From Fidelibacterota bacterium (lineage in GTDB: Bacteria; Fidelibacterota; Fidelibacteria; Fidelibacterales; Fidelibacteraceae), in assembly GCA_034723415.1 (NCBI GenBank), contig JAYEOX010000019.1, forward strand, positions 1-23,882: a stretch of 23,882 bases of DNA, in the 5' to 3' direction. Positions 7,635-16,707 of the stretch are shown piece after piece. A model generated the notes under the pieces. That model did no database searches. It saw only the letters and a list, made by a program, of their open reading frames with translations, and was not told the DNA's origin. Each line of letters starts with the position of its first letter. Position 1 is the stretch's first letter. The position numbers were made by a program, and so were the translations under genes.

Positions 7635-8912
7635 CTATTTTATGTCAACATAGAATTTAGAATATAGATCGTCAAGCCATTTATTCCAAGCAACCTGTTT
7701 CTTTTGATTAATAACCATGTTCTCGAGCACATTATAGTGTGTATCTAACTTTATGTTTTCTGAGGGTTTACGATTGTTTAATTGTAAAATATGATAACCG
7801 TATTGAGATTGAAATGGTTCAGATATTTTTCCTACGGAAAGGTTTTTGACGACATCTTTAAAAGATTCTATTTGAAATGTGTTTATTGGAAATTCTCCAA
7901 GATGACCTTTGTTGTTTTTTACATCGGTATCCTCACTGTATTTTAAGGCAAATTGACCAAAATCCCCACCGTTTATAATAGAATCTTTTATTGTGGATAA
8001 CATGTTAATAGTATTTTTGTTGTCTTTTTCTCCCGCTTCTACTTTAAGTAAAATATGGCTTACATTAATATTTTCACCTCGTTTTTCTATTAATTTAATA
8101 ATATGTAAACCGAATTCAGTTTCTACAACATCTGATATTTCACCTTTTTTTAATGAAAATGCTGCCTTTTCAAATTCTTTGACAAACGTTCCTTTTGGAA
8201 CAAAACCAAAATTACCACCATGATTAGCAGATCCGGGATCTTGAGAATATTCTTTTGCGGCATCGGCAAATGTAATTATATTATTTAAAATATCTTTTTT
8301 TATTTGAAGAAGTTTTTTTCTTGTTTCTGTTTCATGGGATTTGGAAGGTTTGGGAATAATTAAAATATGACTAATATCTACTCTTTCCGGTATTTGCTGA
8401 ATACTGTCCTTATGTTCCTTATAATATTGGATAATTTCAGGCCTTGTTACTGTAATATCTTGGAATTTGTTTGTGCGCATTTTTTGTATTATCATTGATG
8501 ATTTAACGCGCTTATATAAACTTTCTTTTATTTTTGTAATTGACATGTTGAAATATGATTCCAATTTTTCTTTTGAACCAAGTTGTGCAGTATATTGTTC
8601 AATTTGTTGATCTACTGTTTTGTTAACATCTCGCTCTTTTACATAAACAGAGTCAACTTCTGCCTGTAATTGAATTATATGCATATTAATTAGTTCTCGC
8701 AGTGATTTGTTATACAGATTTTCATACTGGCTTTGATCTGTCGCAAGATTAATTCCCTGGTTTTGTGCTAGTTCAAAAGTCAATTGTTGCACCTCTGAAC
8801 TTAATATAATTTTTTCACCAACAATTGCAGCAACGCCATCAATAAGTTGTTGAGAAAAAATAAAAGAGATTGATATTATTATAACAGATAAAATTTTAAT
8901 TATTTTTTTCAT
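7635..8912 (-). CDS. surA: SurA-like periplasmic chaperone/peptidyl-prolyl isomerase with two parvulin domains
   Basis: Signal peptide; IDGVAAIVGEKIILSSEV (SurA N-domain); ISHILI...FADAAKEYSQDPGSANHGGNFG...FEKAAFSL...VETEFGLHIIKL; second domain VSHILL...YSED...SQYGYHIL. Confidence 0.88.
   Translation of the reverse strand: MKKIIKILSVIIISISFIFSQQLIDGVAAIVGEKIILSSEVQQLTFELAQNQGINLATDQSQYENLYNKSLRELINMHIIQLQAEVDSVYVKERDVNKTVDQQIEQYTAQLGSKEKLESYFNMSITKIKESLYKRVKSSMIIQKMRTNKFQDITVTRPEIIQYYKEHKDSIQQIPERVDISHILIIPKPSKSHETETRKKLLQIKKDILNNIITFADAAKEYSQDPGSANHGGNFGFVPKGTFVKEFEKAAFSLKKGEISDVVETEFGLHIIKLIEKRGENINVSHILLKVEAGEKDNKNTINMLSTIKDSIINGGDFGQFALKYSEDTDVKNNKGHLGEFPINTFQIESFKDVVKNLSVGKISEPFQSQYGYHILQLNNRKPSENIKLDTHYNVLENMVINQKKQVAWNKWLDDLYSKFYVDIK
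7992..8000 (-). promoter_or_regulatory. Perfect DnaA box (TTATCCACA) inside surA, with an adjacent degenerate box CTATTAACA at 8003-8011
   Basis: The plus strand reads TGTGGATAA-CA-TGTTAATAG. Confidence 0.55.
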
Positions 8913-9705
8913 AGGTTTTAACTTTGTTTTTTTTCCTTATTTTTTTTAATAAATTTTTATATGAATTATTTTGTTTTTCTAATAGAATTTCTTCTTTTAT
9001 TTCATTTTTTACAAATACTAAAGGAATTTGTTCACCCTTTTTTATTTTTTTTAATATTTTAATTACAACAAAACCGGCTTTTATCTTAATGGGTCCGATA
9101 ATTTTTTTGTTATATGACGAAAAAATTTCTTTCTCAACTTTTGGGACAACGCTTCCTTTTTTTATAATTTGTTGTTTAACGCTGTATTTATTGTTTAATA
9201 AATTAATTTCTGCTTTATCACTTAAGGTTAAAATATTTTTTATTTTTTCGCTCTCTTCTATGCTATTTGTGAGATAATTAATAACAATTGCAATAGGTTT
9301 GGATGCTATATATAATCCTTTATTTTTTTTGTATCGTTCAAATATTTCCGAGTTTGAAATGGATATATTTTTATAAACAATATCATCCAAGTAAGCTTGA
9401 ACAATAAGTTGTTTTTTATAATACTTTGTTTTTTGATCTATGTTATAATTATTTTTTGATCTATGTTTTTTTGCTTCCTGATATAATAATTCCGTATCTA
9501 TCCATTTTTTCAGTATTATTTTTTTTTGTGTCTTGTAATTGTTTTGTGAATATAATTTTGGATAAATAAATTCGATCTCTGAATGTTTTAATTTTTTACT
9601 GCCAACACTTGCGATCACCTCATCATTATTATCACTACAAGCGAATAATAAAAATAATAGCGATATAAAAAAAACAGGTGAAATATGTTTATTTGTTTTT
9701 GTCAT
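8896..9705 (-). CDS. Lipoprotein foldase-like protein with a degenerate parvulin domain
   Basis: Lipobox LFAC, VIASVG, WIDTELLYQEAKK, IIGPIKIKAGFVVIKI, PLVFVKNEIKEEIL. Located between two PPIase genes. Confidence 0.75.
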   Translation of the reverse strand: MTKTNKHISPVFFISLLFLLFACSDNNDEVIASVGSKKLKHSEIEFIYPKLYSQNNYKTQKKIILKKWIDTELLYQEAKKHRSKNNYNIDQKTKYYKKQLIVQAYLDDIVYKNISISNSEIFERYKKNKGLYIASKPIAIVINYLTNSIEESEKIKNILTLSDKAEINLLNNKYSVKQQIIKKGSVVPKVEKEIFSSYNKKIIGPIKIKAGFVVIKILKKIKKGEQIPLVFVKNEIKEEILLEKQNNSYKNLLKKIRKKNKVKTYEKNN

Positions 9706-11401
9706 TATTTTTTAAATAAAATCTCTTGTTTATTTTTATATTATGTTTATTTTTCAATTTATTGTATGTTTCTGCTTGGATTTTATCTTTGTTCATTCGA
9801 ATATAATCATATTTTATTTTATCTTTCACTTCTTCATATGAATTTATTTCAGATGGTAATTTCTCATGCAATTGGATTATTGAATAATATTTTCCTATTT
9901 TGTATGGGCCTCCCATTTCACCAACTTTCATTGAAAAAGCAGCTTTTCCCATTTCTCCATATTGACCTTTTCGAATTGGGGGCAATTTCCCCTCATTAAA
10001 TTTCCCGATATTTCTTTCTGAATATTTTTTTGCTAGTACCTCAATTTGTTCACCGGATTTAATTCGTTGCAGTAATGAGTTTGCTAATTTCTTTTTTGAA
10101 ACAAGAATTTCCTTTACCTCTACCATTTCCTCTCTTTTATATAAATTATCTTTATAATTATTGTAAAATGACAATTTTTCTTCATCGGTTGGTTTTATAT
10201 TTCCAATAATTATATGTTTATTATAAAAGTCATAAGCAATATTTGCCGTATGAGCATCTAAAGCCATAAGATATTCAGGATCATTTTCTAAGTAATTTTC
10301 TTTTGCAGCGATATTAATAAGAAATGGAATTTGATTGTCTTTAACAAGTGATTTAACATTTTCTATTGAATTAAAACGAGATGGTCTTTTTGCGTCAAGT
10401 GTTTTGAGGAAAAAGATAATCCATTGTTTTCCAATGTCATGATCGCCGATTTTCCCAATTAACAATGAATCATTAAAAACACTTAGAATATCAAAAGTTG
10501 TATATTTTTTTTCATGGAAAACATTTTTTGATAGTTTGGAATATTTATTATAAAAGGAGGTTAGAGAATCCTCAAAGAAAACAACCGGGTTAGCTTTCTT
10601 TAAAGAATCTATCAGCGACTTTGCCCTATTATTGAATCTCGTTTCCCATAATTTATATGCCAATTGTTTGATTTTAAATTCTTCATCTTGAAAACTTTTT
10701 ATTGGAAGAGACCTTGAACTATCAACCATTAAAAAATGATAACCATAAGAAGATTGAACAGGATTTGAAACATTGTGTACGCCAATTGAAAAAAGTGCGC
10801 TGTCAACCGTGCCGACCATTCGCCCTGTTTTTATCCAACCAATTAACCTTCCACCCTTATTTTTTGTCTGTTTGTCATCTGAATATTTTCGACAAAGAAA
10901 GGAAAATGAAGCGGGACTTATTTGATTTTTTATCTTATTAACTAATATTTTAGCATCTTCTTTAGACCTGCTATTTAACGGGTGTTCTGCTGTATTAAAA
11001 CTAATTAATAATTGACGCGCCTTTAATTCTTTACTTAATCTGTTATAAAGCATTCTTTTTGCCTGTTCGTTTAGAATGCGATCTACAATCATTTTCTCAT
11101 AAGAAAGGTTTACCAAGTACCAAAATTTCCACACATCAAGTTCGGTTTGCAACTCCCCGGAATCTAATAAACCCTTTTCTGTTAAATCTAATTGAGCTAG
11201 TTTTTTTAAGACATATTCTTCTACCAATTCCTCTTTTTTTTCTACTGGAATATTTTGAAAAGAGATCTTTGGAATTGTTCGAAAAAAATGTTCAGACGTA
11301 TAATTTATGCCATCAATTTTAACAACAGTATCTTCATTCATTCGTCCACAAGATAAGACCAAAATAAGAAGTAAGACAATACCAAGAATATATTTTTTCA
11401 T
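9689..11401 (-). CDS. Lipoprotein peptidyl-prolyl cis-trans isomerase with two parvulin domains
   Basis: Lipobox VLSC; ARQLLI...KYSDDKQTKNKGG...PVQSSYGYHFL; VKEILV...LAKKYSER...GKL...AAFSMKVGEMGGP. Confidence 0.88.
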   Translation of the reverse strand: MKKYILGIVLLLILVLSCGRMNEDTVVKIDGINYTSEHFFRTIPKISFQNIPVEKKEELVEEYVLKKLAQLDLTEKGLLDSGELQTELDVWKFWYLVNLSYEKMIVDRILNEQAKRMLYNRLSKELKARQLLISFNTAEHPLNSRSKEDAKILVNKIKNQISPASFSFLCRKYSDDKQTKNKGGRLIGWIKTGRMVGTVDSALFSIGVHNVSNPVQSSYGYHFLMVDSSRSLPIKSFQDEEFKIKQLAYKLWETRFNNRAKSLIDSLKKANPVVFFEDSLTSFYNKYSKLSKNVFHEKKYTTFDILSVFNDSLLIGKIGDHDIGKQWIIFFLKTLDAKRPSRFNSIENVKSLVKDNQIPFLINIAAKENYLENDPEYLMALDAHTANIAYDFYNKHIIIGNIKPTDEEKLSFYNNYKDNLYKREEMVEVKEILVSKKKLANSLLQRIKSGEQIEVLAKKYSERNIGKFNEGKLPPIRKGQYGEMGKAAFSMKVGEMGGPYKIGKYYSIIQLHEKLPSEINSYEEVKDKIKYDYIRMNKDKIQAETYNKLKNKHNIKINKRFYLKNNDKNK

Positions 11402-11431
11402 TGTAATCCTTTAAATTTTTTCTCATTTCAA

Positions 11432-14400
11432 TTACATTATTAAATTTAACAAATCTAAAGGAGAATTACCAACAAAAATTATTTTTCCCCAATAATCTTT
11501 TTTCATAGAAAATTCTATGTGGACATGATTAGAATTACAATTTTTAATTAATTTATGTATTCCTTTTTGTATTTTAGTAATCGACACATCTTTATTAAAA
11601 TAAAAGAATATTTTATTTTGTTGTTGAAAGATTTTTTTAATGTAATATTTGTCAGCCCTTAACGAAATATCTGTTTCTATGAATAGATTTTGTGTTGCCC
11701 GCGGCAAAGTCCCAAAGCGATCTTTTAACTCATTTTGAATATTGCTTAATTCTGTTTGTGAAGAAGCATCACCAATCTGCCTATAATACGACAAACGGAT
11801 TTTTTCGTTTTTAATATATGTTTCGGATATTTGAGATTCCAACTCTAAAGATATTTCGGTTTTTAACATTTGAGATTTTTCTGATTTGCCATTTGAGTTT
11901 GTAGATGTAAATTCATCTGATAAAATTTTGTTAAAATATTCAAACCCCATTTTATTTATATGCCCACTTTGATCTGCACCAAAAATGTTTCCGCCACCTC
12001 TGATTTCCAAATCGTGCATAGCAATTTGATATCCGGATCCCAAATCGGTGTAGTACTCTAAAGTTTTTAACCGTTTCGTTGCAATTGGCGAAATGTGTTT
12101 GTTTTGCGGTAAAAGAAAATATGCATATGCTTTTCTGTAAGAACGGCCAACACGGCCACGTATTTGATATAACTGTGAAAGACCGAACCGGTGTGAATTT
12201 AAAACTATTAATGTGTTCGCATTGGGAATATCAATTCCGGATTCTATTATTGTTGTTGTTATCAAAATGTCGAAATTGTTGTGAAAAAAATTTAATAGAA
12301 GTTTTTCCAAATATTTCCCTTTCATTTTTCCATGTCCAATCTGCGCACTATGATCAGGAAACATTTCGGTAATTTTTTCTAATAGAGAATCTAATTCTAC
12401 AATTGAGTTGTGAACGATAATTACTTGTCCGTTTCTGTTGAACTCTCTTTGAATTATATTTTTAATTGTTGTTTCGTTCCAATAAATAATTTTGGTTTTG
12501 ATTGGCAGTCGTTCTTTGGGCGGCGTTTCAATTTTTGTAATGTCCCGCATTCCAACTAATGACAATTGCAACGTTCGGGGAATTGGTGTTGCTGTCATTG
12601 TAATCACATCGACATTTCGTTTCATGTTCTGTAATCTTTCCTTGTCGTTTACACCAAACCGATGTTCTTCATCAACAATTAGCAAACCCAAGTTCTTAAA
12701 AAACAACTTATTAGATAGTATTTTATGTGTCCCAATAATTACATCTATATGATTATTTATTAATTGGGTTGCTATAGATTTTGTCTCTCTATTTGTTTTA
12801 AATCTATTAAGAAAATTGACATTTACACCAAATGGTTCGAGGCGCTCTTTAAATGTTTCGTAATGTTGGAAGCAAAGAGTAGTTGTTGGAACCAAGATTG
12901 CAACCTGTTTCCCGGAAAGCACAGCTTTAAATGTTGCCCTAATTGCAATTTCCGTTTTACCAAATCCGACATCGCCGCAAATAAGCCTATCCATGATCGT
13001 TGGTTTTTCCATATCCATGTTAATTTCATTAATTGCGTTAATTTGATCTGCGGTTTCATCATACGGAAAAGATGATTGCAATTCAAGCATTTCTTTCCGG
13101 TGTTTGTTAAAGGCATATCCGGTAGATTGCTTTCGTTCTTTATATAATTTGATAAGATTGAAAGCAACCTTTTTTGCATAATTTTTTGTTTTCTTTTTTG
13201 TTGCATCCCATCTGCCGCCCCCAAGCTTATCTAATCTAGGGTGCAATTTTTTTGTGGAAGAATAATGATAGATTTTATTTAAATATTTTATTGGAGTATA
13301 TACCTTATCTTCATTCTGATATTCGATAATTAATTCTTCACTCTCAATATTATTATGTGTTATTTTGCGTGTTCCTAAAAATAGTCCGATACCATGATCA
13401 ATATGAACAACATAATCTCCATATTTAATTGATTCTTTATTGTGTATAACTTTTGGTTTATCCGGAATAAAATACTTGTCCGGATTCTCATATTTTTCAT
13501 AATTTAATATTTGACGGTCTGTTAATACACAAAGCAATTGGTTGTGGTAAAGAAACCCACTATTTATTGTTCCTTCTAAATAACTTGCAGGCGAATTATT
13601 TATGATTTTTTTAATTTTTTCTTTGTGTATTACATTGCCGTAGAACACAAAAAGATTTGTATAGTTTTCATTAATGTTTTTGTAAATATTGTTTGATTTT
13701 GTTTTTGGGGAAGGTTCAGAGATAACATTAAATTTGACACTTGGGTTAATAATATCATTAGTTAGCGATATTAATTTATAATTATTATTTGAATTGTTCA
13801 CACAATTAATGTCAAAAACAACTGTAGATTTTGGGAAAATGCTATTAAACTTAATTTTACTTTCTAAAGATTCCAATGTTGGTTTAATAATTAATTTTTT
13901 AATTTCTTTAAATGATATTTGTGATGTGGGGTTAAAAGATCGAATTGAAGTAATTTGATCTCCAAAGAATTCTACTCGTTGCGGATAAGTTGAACCAAAA
14001 GGATAGATATCAACAATTCCACCCCGGATACAATATTCTCCATTATGCTCAACCAAATCGACACGATCATATTTTAGTTCTTCAATTTTAGCAATGAACC
14101 AATCATATTGATACGATGAATTTACAGTTAGTGTAATTGTATTGTTTTGATAAATAGTTTTAGTTGGGAGATTGTATGAAAAAATATCAGGAGATGTGAT
14201 AAGTAATTTAATTTTGTCCGAATGAAAATATTCCAGAAAATGAGCCGTATGATTTTTTAAGTTTTGAGAATATGATAAATTGTTATTGTCTTTAAAAAGT
14301 GGTATCCATCCGACAGAATTCCTATTATAAAAACTTAAAATATCGGCATAAAAATTTTCTGCGTGTATTTCACTATCAAATAAAATAATTGGGAAATAGT

Positions 14401-14548
14401 TTCGCTTGACAGCTCCATAAATTAAAAAATCAAAAAATCCAAGCGGAGGTTTTAATAAATTTATATGTTGCCTCTTCCCCAATAATTTATAAAAACTAAG
14501 ATACGATTCGTCTTTTTCTAATATTTTGTAGATTTTTTCAACATTCAT
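11432..14548 (-). CDS. mfd: Transcription-repair coupling factor
   Basis: UvrB-like GEYCIRGGIVDIYP; RID GDYVVHIDHGIG; CGDVGFGKTE, DEEHRFGV, TATPIPRTL, QIRGRVGRS; TRG motif DLEIRGGGNIFG; TRCF domain ELKDRFG. Confidence 0.97.
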   Translation of the reverse strand: MNVEKIYKILEKDESYLSFYKLLGKRQHINLLKPPLGFFDFLIYGAVKRNYFPIILFDSEIHAENFYADILSFYNRNSVGWIPLFKDNNNLSYSQNLKNHTAHFLEYFHSDKIKLLITSPDIFSYNLPTKTIYQNNTITLTVNSSYQYDWFIAKIEELKYDRVDLVEHNGEYCIRGGIVDIYPFGSTYPQRVEFFGDQITSIRSFNPTSQISFKEIKKLIIKPTLESLESKIKFNSIFPKSTVVFDINCVNNSNNNYKLISLTNDIINPSVKFNVISEPSPKTKSNNIYKNINENYTNLFVFYGNVIHKEKIKKIINNSPASYLEGTINSGFLYHNQLLCVLTDRQILNYEKYENPDKYFIPDKPKVIHNKESIKYGDYVVHIDHGIGLFLGTRKITHNNIESEELIIEYQNEDKVYTPIKYLNKIYHYSSTKKLHPRLDKLGGGRWDATKKKTKNYAKKVAFNLIKLYKERKQSTGYAFNKHRKEMLELQSSFPYDETADQINAINEINMDMEKPTIMDRLICGDVGFGKTEIAIRATFKAVLSGKQVAILVPTTTLCFQHYETFKERLEPFGVNVNFLNRFKTNRETKSIATQLINNHIDVIIGTHKILSNKLFFKNLGLLIVDEEHRFGVNDKERLQNMKRNVDVITMTATPIPRTLQLSLVGMRDITKIETPPKERLPIKTKIIYWNETTIKNIIQREFNRNGQVIIVHNSIVELDSLLEKITEMFPDHSAQIGHGKMKGKYLEKLLLNFFHNNFDILITTTIIESGIDIPNANTLIVLNSHRFGLSQLYQIRGRVGRSYRKAYAYFLLPQNKHISPIATKRLKTLEYYTDLGSGYQIAMHDLEIRGGGNIFGADQSGHINKMGFEYFNKILSDEFTSTNSNGKSEKSQMLKTEISLELESQISETYIKNEKIRLSYYRQIGDASSQTELSNIQNELKDRFGTLPRATQNLFIETDISLRADKYYIKKIFQQQNKIFFYFNKDVSITKIQKGIHKLIKNCNSNHVHIEFSMKKDYWGKIIFVGNSPLDLLNLIM

Positions 14549-14564
14549 AGTTTCACGTGAAACA
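14549..14564. promoter_or_regulatory. parS centromere-like site (15/16 match)
   Basis: AGTTTCACGTGAAACA versus the widespread consensus TGTTTCACGTGAAACA. Directly abuts the mfd ATG. Confidence 0.9.
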
Positions 14565-14607
14565 TTGTTGTTGTAAATTCTTAATAATTAATAACATAAA
14601 ATTGTGT

Positions 14608-16452
14608 TTATTTCAAATATAACAGCAATATTTGTATGTCTGCGGGTGTAATTCCCCTGATCTGAGTTGCCTGGGCTATTGTTTCCGGCTTAAATTTCAT
14701 TAGTTTTTCTCGGCCCTCAGTTGAAAGAGACAAGACCTTATCATAATCAAAATTTAGTGGTATTTTTTTGTTCTCTAAATTTTTCATTTTATCAACCATT
14801 TGTTGTTGTCTTTTAATATATCCCTCATAAAGAGAATATACAAAAGCTTGATCAATGGCTTCAAAAGAATATTTATTAAAATATTCGGAGTGCAGTTTGT
14901 GAATATTATCAGCGTCTATTAAATGTCGTTTGATCAGTTTGTTTATAGTTTGTGTTTTTGTCGTTTTTATTTTTATTGGGTTGTTTGGTTTAATAGATTT
15001 CTTTTTAAACTTTTTTATCAGTTCTTGTGTTTGGTGGAAATTGTTTTCAAACAAATCTAACTGATTCCGGGAATTCAATTTAATTTGTTTGGCATATTTG
15101 AAAAGTCGTTGGTCTGCATTATCCGAACGCAGTAGTAAACGATATTCAGCTAAACTTGTAAACATTCTATATGGTTCTTTGGTCTCTTTTGTGCAGAGAT
15201 CGTCAATTAACACACCAATATATGCCTCGTTTCTCTTGAAAATTATTGGTTTTTTATTGTCAAGTTGTCGTGATGCATTGATTGCGGCCATCAATCCTTG
15301 TGCAGCCGCCTCTTCGTAACCACTTGTACCGTTAATTTGTCCGGCAAAATACAATCCCGATATTAATTTTGTTTCAAGTGAATGTTTGATTTGGTATGAT
15401 GGGAAATAGTCATATTCTATGGCGTATCCAATTTTTACAACTTCGGCATTCTCTAAACCCGGAATTGTCTTTATCATTTTTAATTGTGTGTCTATCGGTA
15501 ATGAGGAGCTTAATCCGTTGATATACCATTGCTTAGAATTTTCCCATTCCGGTTCTAAAAATAAGTGATGACTTGGTTTATCGTCGAATCTTACGACTTT
15601 GTCTTCAATTGACGGGCAGTATCTGGGGCCGACTCCATCAATTTTACCCGTATATAAAGGAGACCGGAAGAGATCTTTGTTAATGAGTTCGTGTGTGTTT
15701 TTGTTTGTATATGTTAAATAACAAGGAATATTTTTAGGAGAAAAATTTTTAGTTGAATATGAAAATGGTTGTGGGTTCTTATCCCCTTTTTGTATTTTCA
15801 TTTTTGAGAAATCTATTGATCTTTTTGTTACACGCGCCGGTGTTCCTGTTTTTAATCTATCAACTTCAAAGCCAATTTCTTTTAATTGATCGGATAATGT
15901 TTGTGATGGAAGTTCGCCATATCTACCGGATTGAATTTTAACATCGCCAATGTGAGTAATTCCCTTTAAAAATGTTCCATTTGTAAGTATGATTTTTTTA
16001 GAATATAATTTTTTTTTATCTCTTAAGACAATCCCATGAATAGAATTGTTTTCGTGTAGGATTCCCATTCCCTCATTTTCTGCAATATCTAAATTCGGTG
16101 TGTTTTCAATTATATTTATCATATATTTAGAATATTGTATTTTATCTGCTTGCGCCCTTAATGACCAAACCGCTCTGCCTTTTGAAGTGTTCAACATTTT
16201 GAATTGAATTCCTGTCGCATCAATTGCTTTTGCCATTTCACCACCAAGCACATCGATTTCTCTTACAAGATGACTTTTGGCAAGTCCCCCGATCGCCGGA
16301 TTGCAACTCATTTTTGCAATGGATTTTTTAGAAAATGTAACAAGGGCAGTTTTTTTTCCTAAACGCGCAGAAGCTAACGCAGCTTCCACACCGGCGTGTC
16401 CACCCCCAACTACAATTATGTCATATTTCTTTTTTTGTTTCACGTGAAACAC
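14608..16452 (-). CDS. mnmG: tRNA uridine-5-carboxymethylaminomethyl modification enzyme MnmG/GidA (start uncertain: GTG 16452 or GTG 16443)
   Basis: GGGHAG, MSCNPAIGG, RLKTGTP, GPRYCPSIEDK, GQINGTSGYEEAAAQG, EPYRMFTSLAEYRL. Confidence 0.97.
   Translation of the reverse strand: MFHVKQKKKYDIIVVGGGHAGVEAALASARLGKKTALVTFSKKSIAKMSCNPAIGGLAKSHLVREIDVLGGEMAKAIDATGIQFKMLNTSKGRAVWSLRAQADKIQYSKYMINIIENTPNLDIAENEGMGILHENNSIHGIVLRDKKKLYSKKIILTNGTFLKGITHIGDVKIQSGRYGELPSQTLSDQLKEIGFEVDRLKTGTPARVTKRSIDFSKMKIQKGDKNPQPFSYSTKNFSPKNIPCYLTYTNKNTHELINKDLFRSPLYTGKIDGVGPRYCPSIEDKVVRFDDKPSHHLFLEPEWENSKQWYINGLSSSLPIDTQLKMIKTIPGLENAEVVKIGYAIEYDYFPSYQIKHSLETKLISGLYFAGQINGTSGYEEAAAQGLMAAINASRQLDNKKPIIFKRNEAYIGVLIDDLCTKETKEPYRMFTSLAEYRLLLRSDNADQRLFKYAKQIKLNSRNQLDLFENNFHQTQELIKKFKKKSIKPNNPIKIKTTKTQTINKLIKRHLIDADNIHKLHSEYFNKYSFEAIDQAFVYSLYEGYIKRQQQMVDKMKNLENKKIPLNFDYDKVLSLSTEGREKLMKFKPETIAQATQIRGITPADIQILLLYLK
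16436..16451. promoter_or_regulatory. parS centromere-like site (perfect 16-bp palindrome)
   Basis: TGTTTCACGTGAAACA, overlapping the mnmG start region. Confidence 0.93.
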
Positions 16453-16707
16453 TTCTCCATTAATTATCTATAATATGAGCAATTTTATATTTATAATCAA
16501 TGAAAATGTTTACAAATCAAAAAGTAATATTAATGTAATAAACAGTTGTAAATAGATGATTAATAAGTATTTATAATTTAAAATGTTTTATTAATGTTGA
16601 AACTCAATAACAAATGAATAATTTTGCAAATTCTCAAACATGCCTGTTGCAAAACAGATAGAAATTTTGTAAATTTAATTAAAATAGAATTTGAAGTAGG
16701 AGACAAA

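Noticed and set aside
8920..9530. Poly-T/poly-A tracts as phase-variation sites
   Set aside because: Runs of 7-9 are common throughout this very AT-rich, Lys-rich sequence, and all frames are intact.
16624..16707. ORF-track N-terminal extension of the S9 peptidase from TTG 16624
   Set aside because: An AGGAG RBS and the signal peptide fit ATG 16708; the extension would bury the signal peptide.
16453..16707. Divergent spacer upstream of mnmG as the primary oriC
   Set aside because: It is AT-rich and sits at the strand switch, but has only poor DnaA-box matches and no box-plus-trio module. Not fully excluded without skew data.
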